Origin: Candidatus Zixiibacteriota bacterium
Lineage (GTDB): Bacteria > Zixibacteria > MSB-5A5 > GN15 > JAAZOE01
Direction of reading: 5' to 3'
Length of the DNA stretch: 36,274 nucleotides
Assembly (NCBI GenBank): GCA_043819555.1
Contig: JBDREQ010000070.1
Span: 1-36,274, forward strand
The notes under the pieces were generated by a model. The model had not been told where the DNA came from. It ran no database searches and saw only the letters and a list, made by a program, of their open reading frames with translations. Made by a program: the position numbers and the translations under genes. Within the stretch, counting starts at the first letter, position 1. Each line of letters starts with the position of its first letter. Positions 1 through 9,900 of this stretch are shown piece after piece.

Positions 1-295
1 TAATCAGTACGGCAGGTTTTGACGGGAAACAGTAGGTCTTGATTGGATACTTCAATATCCTCACAAATTAGATTTTAAATTGGAGGAATTCGGACTGGAA
101 CATAGGTACAAGGATGTAGTGAATTGTGAACATATTGAGTATCCATTCGATCCATAATGCTCTTTTCTTGTCATTCGATGCCAGTAATTTATTCTATCAT
201 TCGGTGCAATGACCAAACGCGGGAACAGGGCGCTGCTTTTCATGAATTACCCCTACGATCAAATTTTTTAATCATTCTATAATTTCTAGTCATGA

Positions 296-3200
296 TTATT
301 TAATTGTGTTCAGCATTATCCTGCTTACAGAAAAAGTACCTGTTGTCCAATCCCTTCCAGTAGCTTTTCTAATTCTCCGCCACGAACCACCAATTTCATT
401 ACCATATAAGCGTCCATCAAATTTTAAATTGAACCTATATATAGCCCCGTTCATGTTTTCTTTTGTCCAAATCTCAAAATTAATGTCTTTTTTATTTATA
501 GTTCCAGAAAGCGGACCTACTTCATACTCAGAGCCTTGAATAGTTTCGTAAAAGTAACCATCAAATCTATCACCAAATATATCCATTATCTTAATTCGAA
601 TTCGAGTTGAAGATTTTCCTCCATGCACCTTCCAACTCCCCTTCCAATGGGTGTAATCTTGGAGAAGACCTTGCGTGAGTTCAATAGGGAGCCCTTTTTT
701 TGGATTAAACTTAGTAATTACAAGCTCGTTGTATTGATCACTTTTGTTTGTTATTCCAGGATTTGGGTGACCGTGCAAATCACCACTTAGAAGCAATCCA
801 CCATCAGCGGTAAGAGTTATGGTCTCCCAGGAGCTGTAAATATCAAGACTAGTATTGCGTCGTATGTGGCCACGGGCATTGAAAGAAACTAAACGATCTC
901 TCCCAGGATTCGTTACACCTTCATGCATTGCAAGTAAGTTGTAAATATCACCGCTCGCACTAGCAATTGAAAAACTATAATACTTAGCGTCCCAGTCCCA
1001 AGGCTTTAACCATTCTTTTTGACCGTCCAAGCTATATTTTGTTAATCCCGTTTGTTGGGCTAACAGATAGCCGCCATCACGAGTATTAATAATATCAGGT
1101 TTACCTGGAAGAGTGTTAATGGCATGAAGAGAAAAATCTGTACATTCAATTTCCCAAGATTTACTTCCAGTTGAGTCTATCCGAACAAGATAATATCCTC
1201 TTTTGGTTTTTGGATGTAGTTGTCGAAAAAATCCAAGCAAAACATAACCCCCTCTATTGTCTGCTTTTAACGAAAATGGTATGTGGAATTCTTCTTCGTC
1301 TCCAATTACAGCATCCCAAAGCTGTTGATCTAATGAATCGTACATTTTTAAATGTATTTTCTCAGATATTGATTTCCGGTCTTTATTCTCGAAAGAACCT
1401 TCTTCTGTAATTGTAAATGCAATTAAGTAATTTCCACTTTCATTTACCAATAACTCATATATATGACTTTTATCTTCAATTAAGTCTCTTGTCCAAATAA
1501 CATGCCCTAAATCTGAAATTCTATATAGTGATTTTCCAACTGCCATCATAAATCCGCCGGATGGGCATGGTGCTATTTCATTTTCCGTCTCAGTGCCACT
1601 ATAGTTTTCCCGCCAGCGTTCTCCACCGTCAGGCCCGACGTTTATAACTTCAATTCCATCCTTACCTTTAAAATCCCCACCGCTTAGGTAATCACTATAT
1701 GCAATAATATATCCTCCATTGTAAGTTGGAGTAATCTTCTGACGTCCTCCATTAATATGATACATACGTTGCCAGTCACCCCATTTTGATACTTGTTCTT
1801 TTACTTTGCTCATACGTACACTGATGAGTTGAGCATCGAGTGAATCAATCAACTCTCTAGCCCTTTCCAGGTATTTTCCTTCTGGATATTTCCATATATA
1901 CATTTCAGGGTAAATACCAGATGCCACTGAATCGAAGTAGGCCTTTTCTGTTCTCAATTTCAACCATTGTGTAAGAACAACACCAGACACTATTAATAAC
2001 AGAATTGTACAGGCAGCAATTATAAGCCTTCGGTTCCGCCTTTTTACCCCTTTTAATGCTTTAGAAAGGTTTATATTGTATTCCTCGTTGCTTGGGGCCA
2101 GTTTAGTTGCTTCTTTGTAATGATAGAGAGCTTTCTTCCTTGCTGATTCTTTTAGATAAAACTTACCAGCTTCAGAGTGGATATGGATTGAAAGATTTGT
2201 ATCATCTTTCCAATCTTCAATTTGCCGTAAATGTTCCAGATGAGGTAGAAGCTCTATGGCTTCTTGTCCAGTAGCACCCTCAATCCACTTCTCATAGCAC
2301 GTAAAAATAAAAGCGCTGTAGTAATTGCTTTTTTGAGGACTTGATTTCATATAAGTAATAATTGTATTATTGTCTAGCTTATCTGCTTTCTTCAATGCTA
2401 TCTTTGCTGCGGATAAAACAAATTCCAATTTCAGTCTCTCATCATGATCAAGATCAGATATGTCAATTTCTTCTAATTCTCTTAAAATTGATTCATGTAT
2501 TTGCGAGTCCGTTGGTTCAGATAAGAAAAGTCTCGAGAGGCTATCAAGAAGAATTACACTCTGAGAATCTGGTTTTAATATTCTGGCACGATTTGTATAC
2601 TCTGAAGCTTCTTTAAATTGACCTTTAACAAGTTTCGCTTGTGCTAAAATATAAAGTATATTGAAATCATCAGAGCCTGATTTCATTATCTTTTGGGCAA
2701 TTTCATCGGCTGCTTCAAGATTTCCCATACTATTATATATTTCTAATAAACCTGATAGTAGCTCGAGGTTTTCAGGGTCATCTTTTAATTTCTCAGATAG
2801 TATATAAGTAGCTGTATCGGCGTCATTATTAATCAATATCAAGAGATTAGCAAGTTCAAGTATTTCCTTAGAATTTGTAATTGTGAGAGCAGATAATTGT
2901 TTGAGGCTCTTTTTAGCGTTTTCAAACTGATCAAGTTCATAATATGTTCTTGCTATCTGGCAAAGAGCAATTTGATGTGATGAATCAATAGCAAGTACTT
3001 TTTCCAATTCCTGAGTAGCTTCCTGAAGCATCCCACATTGATCTAACACATTGCCATGCTTAAGAAGTAAATCAACGTTTAGTGGCTCCAATTGAAGTTG
3101 CTGTCTTAGCAATTCTTCTTTGGCTTTTAACCGGGGGTCTTCAACAAAGACGTCCACTTTGTCGACCACCGTTTCACTGCGCGTAGAAGTGTGTTTTGGT

Positions 3201-3697
3201 ATAACTGCAGATCCGAGACGCGTCTTGATTACTACTGTTCCAGCCAACTTGTCATGCCACCCTTGTGAGTTCTTATCGAAGAGCGCCCAGAGAAAACCGA
3301 GACCCAAAAATAAACCACTTAAAGGTCGGCCTATGAACTCTCTAAGCAGCATCAATCCGAAGCCTGGAATATTACCGGTTTCTTGTCTGATGACGCGGAG
3401 TCCCATTACTTTCTTCCCTGGAGTCATTCCCTGTCTGAACAGTGACGCATACCATATCAGGTAACCGATGGGAAACGCTATCGCTGCAATGTAAATGAGA
3501 TCGGGTAATATGCGCCCCACAATTAACATAAAAGTGAAGTGGAGGAGTAGACCCAATAGAGGATCAATGACCAAAGCAAGCCACCGTTCAAATAGATTTG
3601 GACGAATACCCAAAGTCGGATTTGGAATGTACCTTCGACACCATTGACAAAAAAAACTGTCAGCCTCTATCGACTTTTGACAACTTGGACAATGCAT
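296..3697 (-). CDS. Multidomain membrane protein: N-terminal Zn ribbon, RDD domain, TPR region, TM helix, extracytoplasmic beta-rich (propeller-like) domain
   Basis: CPSC..CQWC at the N-terminus; RDD motifs 'RWLALVID', 'GMTPGKKVMGLRV', 'QGWHDKLAGTVV'; helical TPR-like repeats; hydrophobic 'LIIAACTILLLIVSGVVL' after RRNRR; repeated 'GGY(I/L)(I/L)A...G...W' units; SD AGGAGG upstream. Confidence 0.8.
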   Translation of the reverse strand: MHCPSCQKSIEADSFFCQWCRRYIPNPTLGIRPNLFERWLALVIDPLLGLLLHFTFMLIVGRILPDLIYIAAIAFPIGYLIWYASLFRQGMTPGKKVMGLRVIRQETGNIPGFGLMLLREFIGRPLSGLFLGLGFLWALFDKNSQGWHDKLAGTVVIKTRLGSAVIPKHTSTRSETVVDKVDVFVEDPRLKAKEELLRQQLQLEPLNVDLLLKHGNVLDQCGMLQEATQELEKVLAIDSSHQIALCQIARTYYELDQFENAKKSLKQLSALTITNSKEILELANLLILINNDADTATYILSEKLKDDPENLELLSGLLEIYNSMGNLEAADEIAQKIMKSGSDDFNILYILAQAKLVKGQFKEASEYTNRARILKPDSQSVILLDSLSRLFLSEPTDSQIHESILRELEEIDISDLDHDERLKLEFVLSAAKIALKKADKLDNNTIITYMKSSPQKSNYYSAFIFTCYEKWIEGATGQEAIELLPHLEHLRQIEDWKDDTNLSIHIHSEAGKFYLKESARKKALYHYKEATKLAPSNEEYNINLSKALKGVKRRNRRLIIAACTILLLIVSGVVLTQWLKLRTEKAYFDSVASGIYPEMYIWKYPEGKYLERARELIDSLDAQLISVRMSKVKEQVSKWGDWQRMYHINGGRQKITPTYNGGYIIAYSDYLSGGDFKGKDGIEVINVGPDGGERWRENYSGTETENEIAPCPSGGFMMAVGKSLYRISDLGHVIWTRDLIEDKSHIYELLVNESGNYLIAFTITEEGSFENKDRKSISEKIHLKMYDSLDQQLWDAVIGDEEEFHIPFSLKADNRGGYVLLGFFRQLHPKTKRGYYLVRIDSTGSKSWEIECTDFSLHAINTLPGKPDIINTRDGGYLLAQQTGLTKYSLDGQKEWLKPWDWDAKYYSFSIASASGDIYNLLAMHEGVTNPGRDRLVSFNARGHIRRNTSLDIYSSWETITLTADGGLLLSGDLHGHPNPGITNKSDQYNELVITKFNPKKGLPIELTQGLLQDYTHWKGSWKVHGGKSSTRIRIKIMDIFGDRFDGYFYETIQGSEYEVGPLSGTINKKDINFEIWTKENMNGAIYRFNLKFDGRLYGNEIGGSWRRIRKATGRDWTTGTFSVSRIMLNTIK

Positions 3698-3835
3698 ATA
3701 ACCCTCCTGATTTTATTCTGTCATTGGACTTCAAGATAGAAAACCACTGCCAAGTTCGAACAGATGACAGAGCAAACTTAGAACACTTTTAGCAGATAAA
3801 GAATGATGGAGGTAGTGATAAGTCACTAACACACT

Positions 3836-4387
3836 CTATCGATTCTTCATTCTCTCTATTTCTTCCCGAGCCGCCTTGGTAACTCTGCTCTCATTCCCCG
3901 AAGAATCAATACTGGACCCAGTTCCAAAGGTCTCCGAGTATCGTGGATAGTTCTTGAACATCGGTCGCTTTTGATAGTAATTCAGATAGTCCCAATTAGA
4001 TAGGTAAAGCGGACCAGGTATTGTCGCAGCAAACCAATTGTCATCTCTGTTCACTAGTTCGATGAAAAAATCTACACCCTGCTGGATTGTAACCCGATAT
4101 CTTACCGTCGTGTCGGATCTGGCAACCACATTATAAGTCCACTTATCCGGATCCAATTCGCTGCCGCCTATTCCGACTACCATTTGCTTGAGATGAAAAT
4201 CAACACGGGGACTGCGTTGATATGGATCTGTCATTTCGAGAATCTCATCGACGTTTCCATCATATAAAGCTCCAAAGTAAGCAATTACCATTGCGGAATC
4301 GTCTGAGTTTCCTCCGCATCCAGTAAACAGCAGGATGAAAACGGAAATTACGCATAGCATAATCACTCTGTTTGATCTCATAGTCAT
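3836..4387 (-). CDS. Putative lipoprotein
   Basis: SD AGGAGG before ATG 4387; signal peptide ending in lipobox 'LFTG-C'. Confidence 0.65.
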   Translation of the reverse strand: MTMRSNRVIMLCVISVFILLFTGCGGNSDDSAMVIAYFGALYDGNVDEILEMTDPYQRSPRVDFHLKQMVVGIGGSELDPDKWTYNVVARSDTTVRYRVTIQQGVDFFIELVNRDDNWFAATIPGPLYLSNWDYLNYYQKRPMFKNYPRYSETFGTGSSIDSSGNESRVTKAAREEIERMKNR

Positions 4388-4428
4388 CTGCCTCCTGAAC
4401 TCCATAAAATTGAGATTGTATCAACACT

Positions 4429-4746
4429 TCAATATTCTGGCCGGGCTGACCTACCACTCATTGTATTTGAGACTTTGTAAATAGTAATAACATTGGAGTG
4501 TTTTAGTGCAGTAGTTGCTTGAGTCTCATGTTTGAAACGAGCCCGGCAGTCATTATCCTGGCAAAGATTCGGAGGAAGAAACTTAAGAGCGACATTGCGT
4601 TTGAGCTTGGCAACTTCGTCCATATATACCTCACCCATCCCACCGGCGCCGATTTTCTCGACTATCCGGTAGTGGGACACCATCGTACCCTTGGTTAGGA
4701 CGATGTGGGTTTGGGTTTTATCGTTGTCATCTTGATTCAAAGACAT
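4429..4746 (-). pseudogene. Truncated Hanks-type Ser/Thr protein kinase (N-lobe only)
   Basis: 'YRIVEKIGAGGMGEVY', 'VALKFLP', 'RARFKHE', 'LKHSNVITIY' then stop; no HRD/DFG motifs; degenerate substitutions. Confidence 0.85.
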
Positions 4747-5186
4747 ACGCGTTAACCCTAATTTTATCAATGATGAATACCCCAAGAGCTTTGATAATAT
4801 AGACTAAATAATGCTCAAGAGCAATTAGAATATTTCAATCATTTTAGTACTGAAGCTCTTCCTCGTCAGCGTAATTCGGACACAGTTAACTTATTCTTAT
4901 AAAGGAATGGCTTGCATAGAAATTAATAGGTTTGATGAAGCGAAAGAGGCTATTAAAGAATTTATTGTTCGTGCTCCGGAGTCATGTGAGGAATACATTA
5001 AATTGGCCAAATTAGAGCTTTCTGAGATGGCTGGCTTGATATTCGAGTAGCGGGGATAGTAGGAATTGCCGGGCAAGTATAGCATCAAAGTCTCAAATGC
5101 ATTTATCATAAAATTCTTTCTCGATATTAAGCGGATTGAAAGCTTATAGTAAGAACTATTGCTTTAGTGGACACAAAATGGTCACC

Positions 5187-5201
5187 TATGAAAAGGCCGC
5201 T
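5187..5201 (+). repeat. IS1111 sub-terminal inverted repeat (downstream end) TATGAAAAGGCCGCT
   Basis: Exact reverse complement of 6470-6484. Confidence 0.95.
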
Positions 5202-5249
5202 GTCAAGGGTTATCTTTCTTCTTTCTGGTCCCTTGGACCCGAGTTCATT

Positions 5250-5397
5250 CGTCGGATTGTCTTAGTCACCTATTCGAGCTCTTCAGTTAGAAGGCTCACG
5301 ATATTGTTCTTTAGAAACGGCCGCCCACTCACAAAAACGGATTCTTTTCGATCCAGCCCAAATTTTCGGGCTGACCGCTCATATGCAATTCCGACTT
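5250..5397 (-). ncRNA. Bridge/seek RNA of the IS1111 element
   Basis: Closed by an outer stem (5251-5259 with 5386-5395); two hairpin-containing loops carry guides GGTC(A)/TTTTGTGA (target) and AATATC/ATAGGTGA (donor junction); exact ends unknown. Confidence 0.8.
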
Positions 5398-5409
5398 CTT
5401 GTTTACTTC

Positions 5410-6420
5410 TTACGCTGCCTCTGTCCGAAACGGCTCGTTACGATTGAGCATGGCATAGATAATGACCGCTAACTTCCGAGCTATGGCCACTCGTGCCTTT
5501 TGAACATTGCTGCGATAGAGAATACGACAGAACATCCGATTCAAATCCGGTGATTTCCGGACAGCATTGATCGAGGCTTCGACCAGAACATGACGCAGCG
5601 GTTTGGAACCATATCGGGTAATGCCGCCAGTCCAGACCGAATCCCCTGACGATCTAACAGTCGGAGTTAAACCAGTATAACTGGCTAAGGCTCTGGCGCT
5701 GTGGAAGCGTGCGACATCGCCTACTTCGGCGTAGACCACGGCTGAGCGCAGCTTACCAATCCCCGGAATGGTCTGAAGCAGCTCTACAGTATGGTTATCC
5801 TTCACACGCTCCCAGATTTCTTTGCTGATCTCCACTACCTGATCATCAAGCAGGGCGATGATCTTCAAACATTGATCAATCGTCTGTCTTGTGACATCAG
5901 GCAAACACAGCTTTCGGATCTCTAACTTGGCTTTGGGAGAAGATATGTTGAAGACCCGGAGGTCAATCCCGTGTTGAAACAGCAAATGACGGATGCGATT
6001 CTTGTTTGTAACCATACTTTTGACCAGATGATAACGCTGTCGAATCAGTCCCCGCAGCAGACGAATCTTCGCCGGAGGCACCCAGGACTCCGGCAGAAAG
6101 TTAGTTCGCAGAAGTTCAGCCAGTATGCGAGAATCGTATTTGTCTGTCTTACACTTCGACTCCGCAATTACCCGAACCTTGAACGGTGTCGCCACATGGA
6201 CCGAACCGACATACGGTTCAAATTGATCCAGTAACCACAAGTAATTCAGCACTGGTTCAAGAACTAGGTGAACTTTGGAGTTCAGCGAACTGGCGAAGGT
6301 TGAAACCTCCTCAAAGGTATTGCCAAACCTACTCTGGCGAATTACCTTTCCGATGGAATCGATCTCGGTGTAAACACACCATTTCTTGTGGACATCGATT
6401 CCCATATAGCTTTTTGACAT
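5410..6420 (-). CDS. IS110-family transposase/recombinase (336 aa)
   Basis: RuvC-like DEDD motifs 'GIDVHK', 'LEPV', 'KTDKYD'; 'TIPGIG'; 'YTGLTPTVRSSG' carrying the catalytic Ser; SD AAAGGAG before ATG 6420. Confidence 0.97.
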   Translation of the reverse strand: MSKSYMGIDVHKKWCVYTEIDSIGKVIRQSRFGNTFEEVSTFASSLNSKVHLVLEPVLNYLWLLDQFEPYVGSVHVATPFKVRVIAESKCKTDKYDSRILAELLRTNFLPESWVPPAKIRLLRGLIRQRYHLVKSMVTNKNRIRHLLFQHGIDLRVFNISSPKAKLEIRKLCLPDVTRQTIDQCLKIIALLDDQVVEISKEIWERVKDNHTVELLQTIPGIGKLRSAVVYAEVGDVARFHSARALASYTGLTPTVRSSGDSVWTGGITRYGSKPLRHVLVEASINAVRKSPDLNRMFCRILYRSNVQKARVAIARKLAVIIYAMLNRNEPFRTEAA

Positions 6421-6469
6421 GGCCGCTCCTTTATGGCTATGACTTGACTCAACAAAACATAACCTACTG

Positions 6470-6484
6470 AGCGGCCTTTTCATA
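6470..6484 (+). repeat. IS1111 sub-terminal inverted repeat (upstream end) AGCGGCCTTTTCATA
   Basis: Exact reverse complement of 5187-5201. Confidence 0.95.
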
Positions 6485-6638
6485 TAATATCACAAAATAG
6501 TAATAGGTGTTGTAATGTGTTACCAGTTAGTTACTTATCACACGCGAGCTTGAACTACAGCTTCAAGCGGAAATTCGGCAACATGTATTGCAATCGAATC
6601 CCAAAATGACATGAATATGAATTTAGAAGGCTGTAAAG

Positions 6639-6711
6639 CTCCCCCGGCTGGACTCGAACCAGCGGCCCGCTGATTAACAGTCAGCTGCTCTACCGACTGA
6701 GCTACAGGGGA
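6639..6711 (-). tRNA. tRNA-Asn(GTT), CCA not encoded
   Basis: TCCCCTG/CGGGGGA acceptor stem, D-arm TAGCTCAGTCGGTAGAGC, anticodon loop CTGTTAA, T-loop GGTTCGAGTCC. Confidence 0.97.
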
Positions 6712-6763
6712 GTGTGGAAAAATCAAACCATTTTTTCAAAAACTTGGCGTTTCTGAGAACTCC

Positions 6764-6791
6764 AATATAATATCGGCGTTGAATTTGTCAA
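6764..6791 (-). promoter_or_regulatory. Probable sigma70 promoter of tRNA-Asn
   Basis: TTGACA-N16-TATATT about 50 nt upstream of the tRNA. Confidence 0.55.
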
Positions 6792-6957
6792 GCATAAGCT
6801 ATTTAAAATTATTCATTCCATAAATACCGATTTCTTTAGCAGCAATTGATTAATTCAGAAAGAATCGATCGTCAAAATACATTTACAAGCCTTGCCAAAA
6901 CCCTAAAAGTCGTATATTTTTGAAATTGAAAACTATATTAGATTGCAGGATTAAGCC

Positions 6958-9900
6958 GTGTTTGAAGAATTCAATAAGGTCGATGTCAATCAATGGGTCG
7001 AGCTGGCAAAAAAGATTTTCAAAGATAAAATTTCTGAAGAGCTTATAACCAAATCTCTCCCCGAATCAATATCAATCAAACCATTATATATCCATGAAGA
7101 TGTCGATAACAGTTTCACGCCGGATCGAACATCTAACGGCTGGAAGATAATTCAGGATTATACAATTCCCGGAATTGAACAGATAATTGAAGATATTAAA
7201 AACATTTCAGACGAATCCTTTGATATTGAATATTTAATAATTCATGGCGATTACATTCATAATAGCCGGGGAAATGCGGTCCATGAATTAACCTTTGTAT
7301 TATCATCCGCCGCCGAGTATTTGCGCATTTTTGAAAATAGGAATTTAACTCTCGAAAATATCGTTCCAAAATTAAAGTTCTCGTTCGGAATCGGCTCAAA
7401 TCTATTTCTCGAGATTGCCAAATTACGAGCAGCCAGAGAGCTCTGGAAACGTTTCGTCGCAGTAATAGGACTGCCGGAAAACTCAAACCAGATTCATATT
7501 CATGCGGTCACTTCAGCAATCAATAAAACAACAGATGAAATCCATGACAATATTCTGCGAACGACCACAGAAGCGTTTTCAGCCATAGTAGGTGGAGCAG
7601 ACAGTCTTACCATTTTGCCGTATGATTACGCAATAAAGGAAAGGAGTGATTTCGCCGAACGGTTGGCGAACAATATTCAGAATATTTTAAGAGAAGAAAT
7701 TAGACTCGATAAAGTAATCGACCCGGGCGGTGGATCATATTATCTGGAAAAACTAACCTATGATCTTGCTCAAAAGGCGTGGGAATTTTTCCGGAAAATT
7801 GAATCGCAGGGTGGAATAATTGAATCACTCAAAAAAGGTCAATTTCAAAGAGAGGCTGGATTGGAATCAATTCCTGATTCGATTAATATCGGCGCGGAGT
7901 ACAATAGAAGAAAGAACAGCCTTATGCCGGATTTTACAAAAATCGGTTTTACACCCTCTCAATACAAAGACATAGAAAAATCTATTGATGATTCCCAGTT
8001 ATGGAAAACCCTCGAAAAAATTGATATAAAACCAATTTACGGTAAACACGATATTGAGAATTTAGAGCATCTCGATTCGTTGCCGGGATTCCCCCCATAT
8101 CTACGCGGACCGTATCCGACGATGTATGTCACCCGTCCCTGGACGATTCGTCAGTATGCCGGTTTCTCTACCGCCGAAGATTCCAACGCTTTTTATCGCA
8201 GAAATCTTGAGGCCGGGCAAAAAGGCCTCTCGGTTGCTTTTGACCTGGCGACTCATCGCGGATATGATTCTGACCATCCCCGCGTAGAAGGTGATGTAGG
8301 CATGGCCGGAGTTGCCATTGATTCCATCCTTGATATGAAAATCCTGTTCGATGGCATCCCGCTTGATAAAATGTCGGTTTCGATGACTATGAACGGCGCC
8401 GTTTTGCCGGTAATGGCCTTTTATATCGTTGCCGCCGAAGAGCAGGGCGTTACAATGGATAAACTGACCGGAACCATCCAGAACGACATTCTCAAAGAAT
8501 ATATGGTCCGCAATACTTACATTTATCCCCCGCAGGGCTCGATGAAAATTGTCGGAGATATAATTGCATTTACAGCCGAAAACATGCCCAAATTCAACAG
8601 CGTTTCAATTTCCGGATACCATATGCAGGAAGCCGGAGCCACCGCCGATCTCGAAATGGCCTACACTCTCGCCAATGGACTTGAATATGTCCGCACCGGT
8701 ATGGCGGCCGATTTGACAATCGATGAATTTGCTCCTCGCTTATCGTTCTTTTGGGCTATTGGAAAAAACTATTTTATGGAAGTTGCCAAGATGCGGGCGG
8801 CGCGGATGCTCTGGGCCAAACTCATCAGCCAGTTTAATCCCCAAAATCCAAAATCGATGATGCTCCGCACCCACTGCCAAACATCAGGCTGGAGCCTTAC
8901 GGCCCAGGATCCGTTTAATAATATTGCTCGCACCTGTATTGAAGCTCTCGCCGCGGCTTTGGGGCACGCTCAATCACTGCACACCAATGCTCTTGATGAA
9001 GCAATCGCTCTCCCGACTGATTTCAGCGCCCGCATCGCCCGCAATACTCAACTTTACCTTCAGGAAGAAACGGGGATATGTGATGTCATTGATCCCTGGG
9101 GCGGCTCTTATTTTGTCGAATCTTTGACCGGAGAACTCTGTCGCAAAGCCTGGAATCATATTCAGGAAATTGAAGAACTGGGCGGAATGACAAAAGCTAT
9201 TGAGAGCGGTCTGCCCAAAAGGCGCATTGAGGAAGCCTCTGCCCGCCGTCAGGCCCGGATTGATTCCGGCGAAGAAATAATTATCGGCGTCAATAAATAT
9301 CAATCCGAAGGTGAAACTTCAGTTGACATTCTTGAGGTGGATAATCAAATTGTACGTAAACAGCAAATCAATAGGCTCAGGGAACTTCGTGACAAACGGG
9401 ATGATGCGGCGGTTAAACAGGCTCTAAAAGCCATTACATTATGCGCTGAGACCGGCCAGGGGAATTTGCTTGAATTATCAATACAGGCCGCACGGGCACG
9501 ATGCACCCTTGGCGAAATAAGTCTGGCTATTGAACAGGTCTGGGGCCGCCACAAAGCGGAACATAATATCATCTCGGGCGTCTATAAAAGTGAATTTGGC
9601 AGGAGTGAAATAATCGACGAAGTACGCAAATTATCGGATGAATTCGCGGCTCGAGAGGGGCGGCGGCCGCGGATATTAATCGCCAAGATGGGTCAGGACG
9701 GACACGACCGGGGCGCCAAAGTAATCGCGACAGCTTTGGCCGATCTGGGATTTGACGTCGATATCGGTCCGTTATTTCAGACCCCGAATGAAACAGCCCT
9801 TCAAGCGATAGAAAACGACGTGCATATTATCGGCATGAGTTCATTGGCCGCCGGACACAAAACCCATCTACCACAATTAGTCAAAGAACTCAAAAAACTC

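Larger units (their letters stand above)
5184..6491 (-). mobile_element. IS110-family insertion sequence, IS1111 subgroup, apparently complete
   Basis: Perfect 15-bp sub-terminal inverted repeats at 5187-5201 and 6470-6484, 3 nt and 7 nt from the inferred ends; DEDD recombinase gene; long 3' non-coding end; 2-nt core TC at 5182-5183 and 6490-6491. Confidence 0.92.

Noticed and set aside
61..243. 60-aa ORF
   Set aside because: No recognisable motif; starts within a REP-like half palindrome
5136..5447. 103-aa + strand ORF
   Set aside because: Antisense to the bridge-RNA region and crosses the IS boundary; no recognisable motif
6538..6726. 62-aa ORF
   Set aside because: It is a translation of tRNA-Asn
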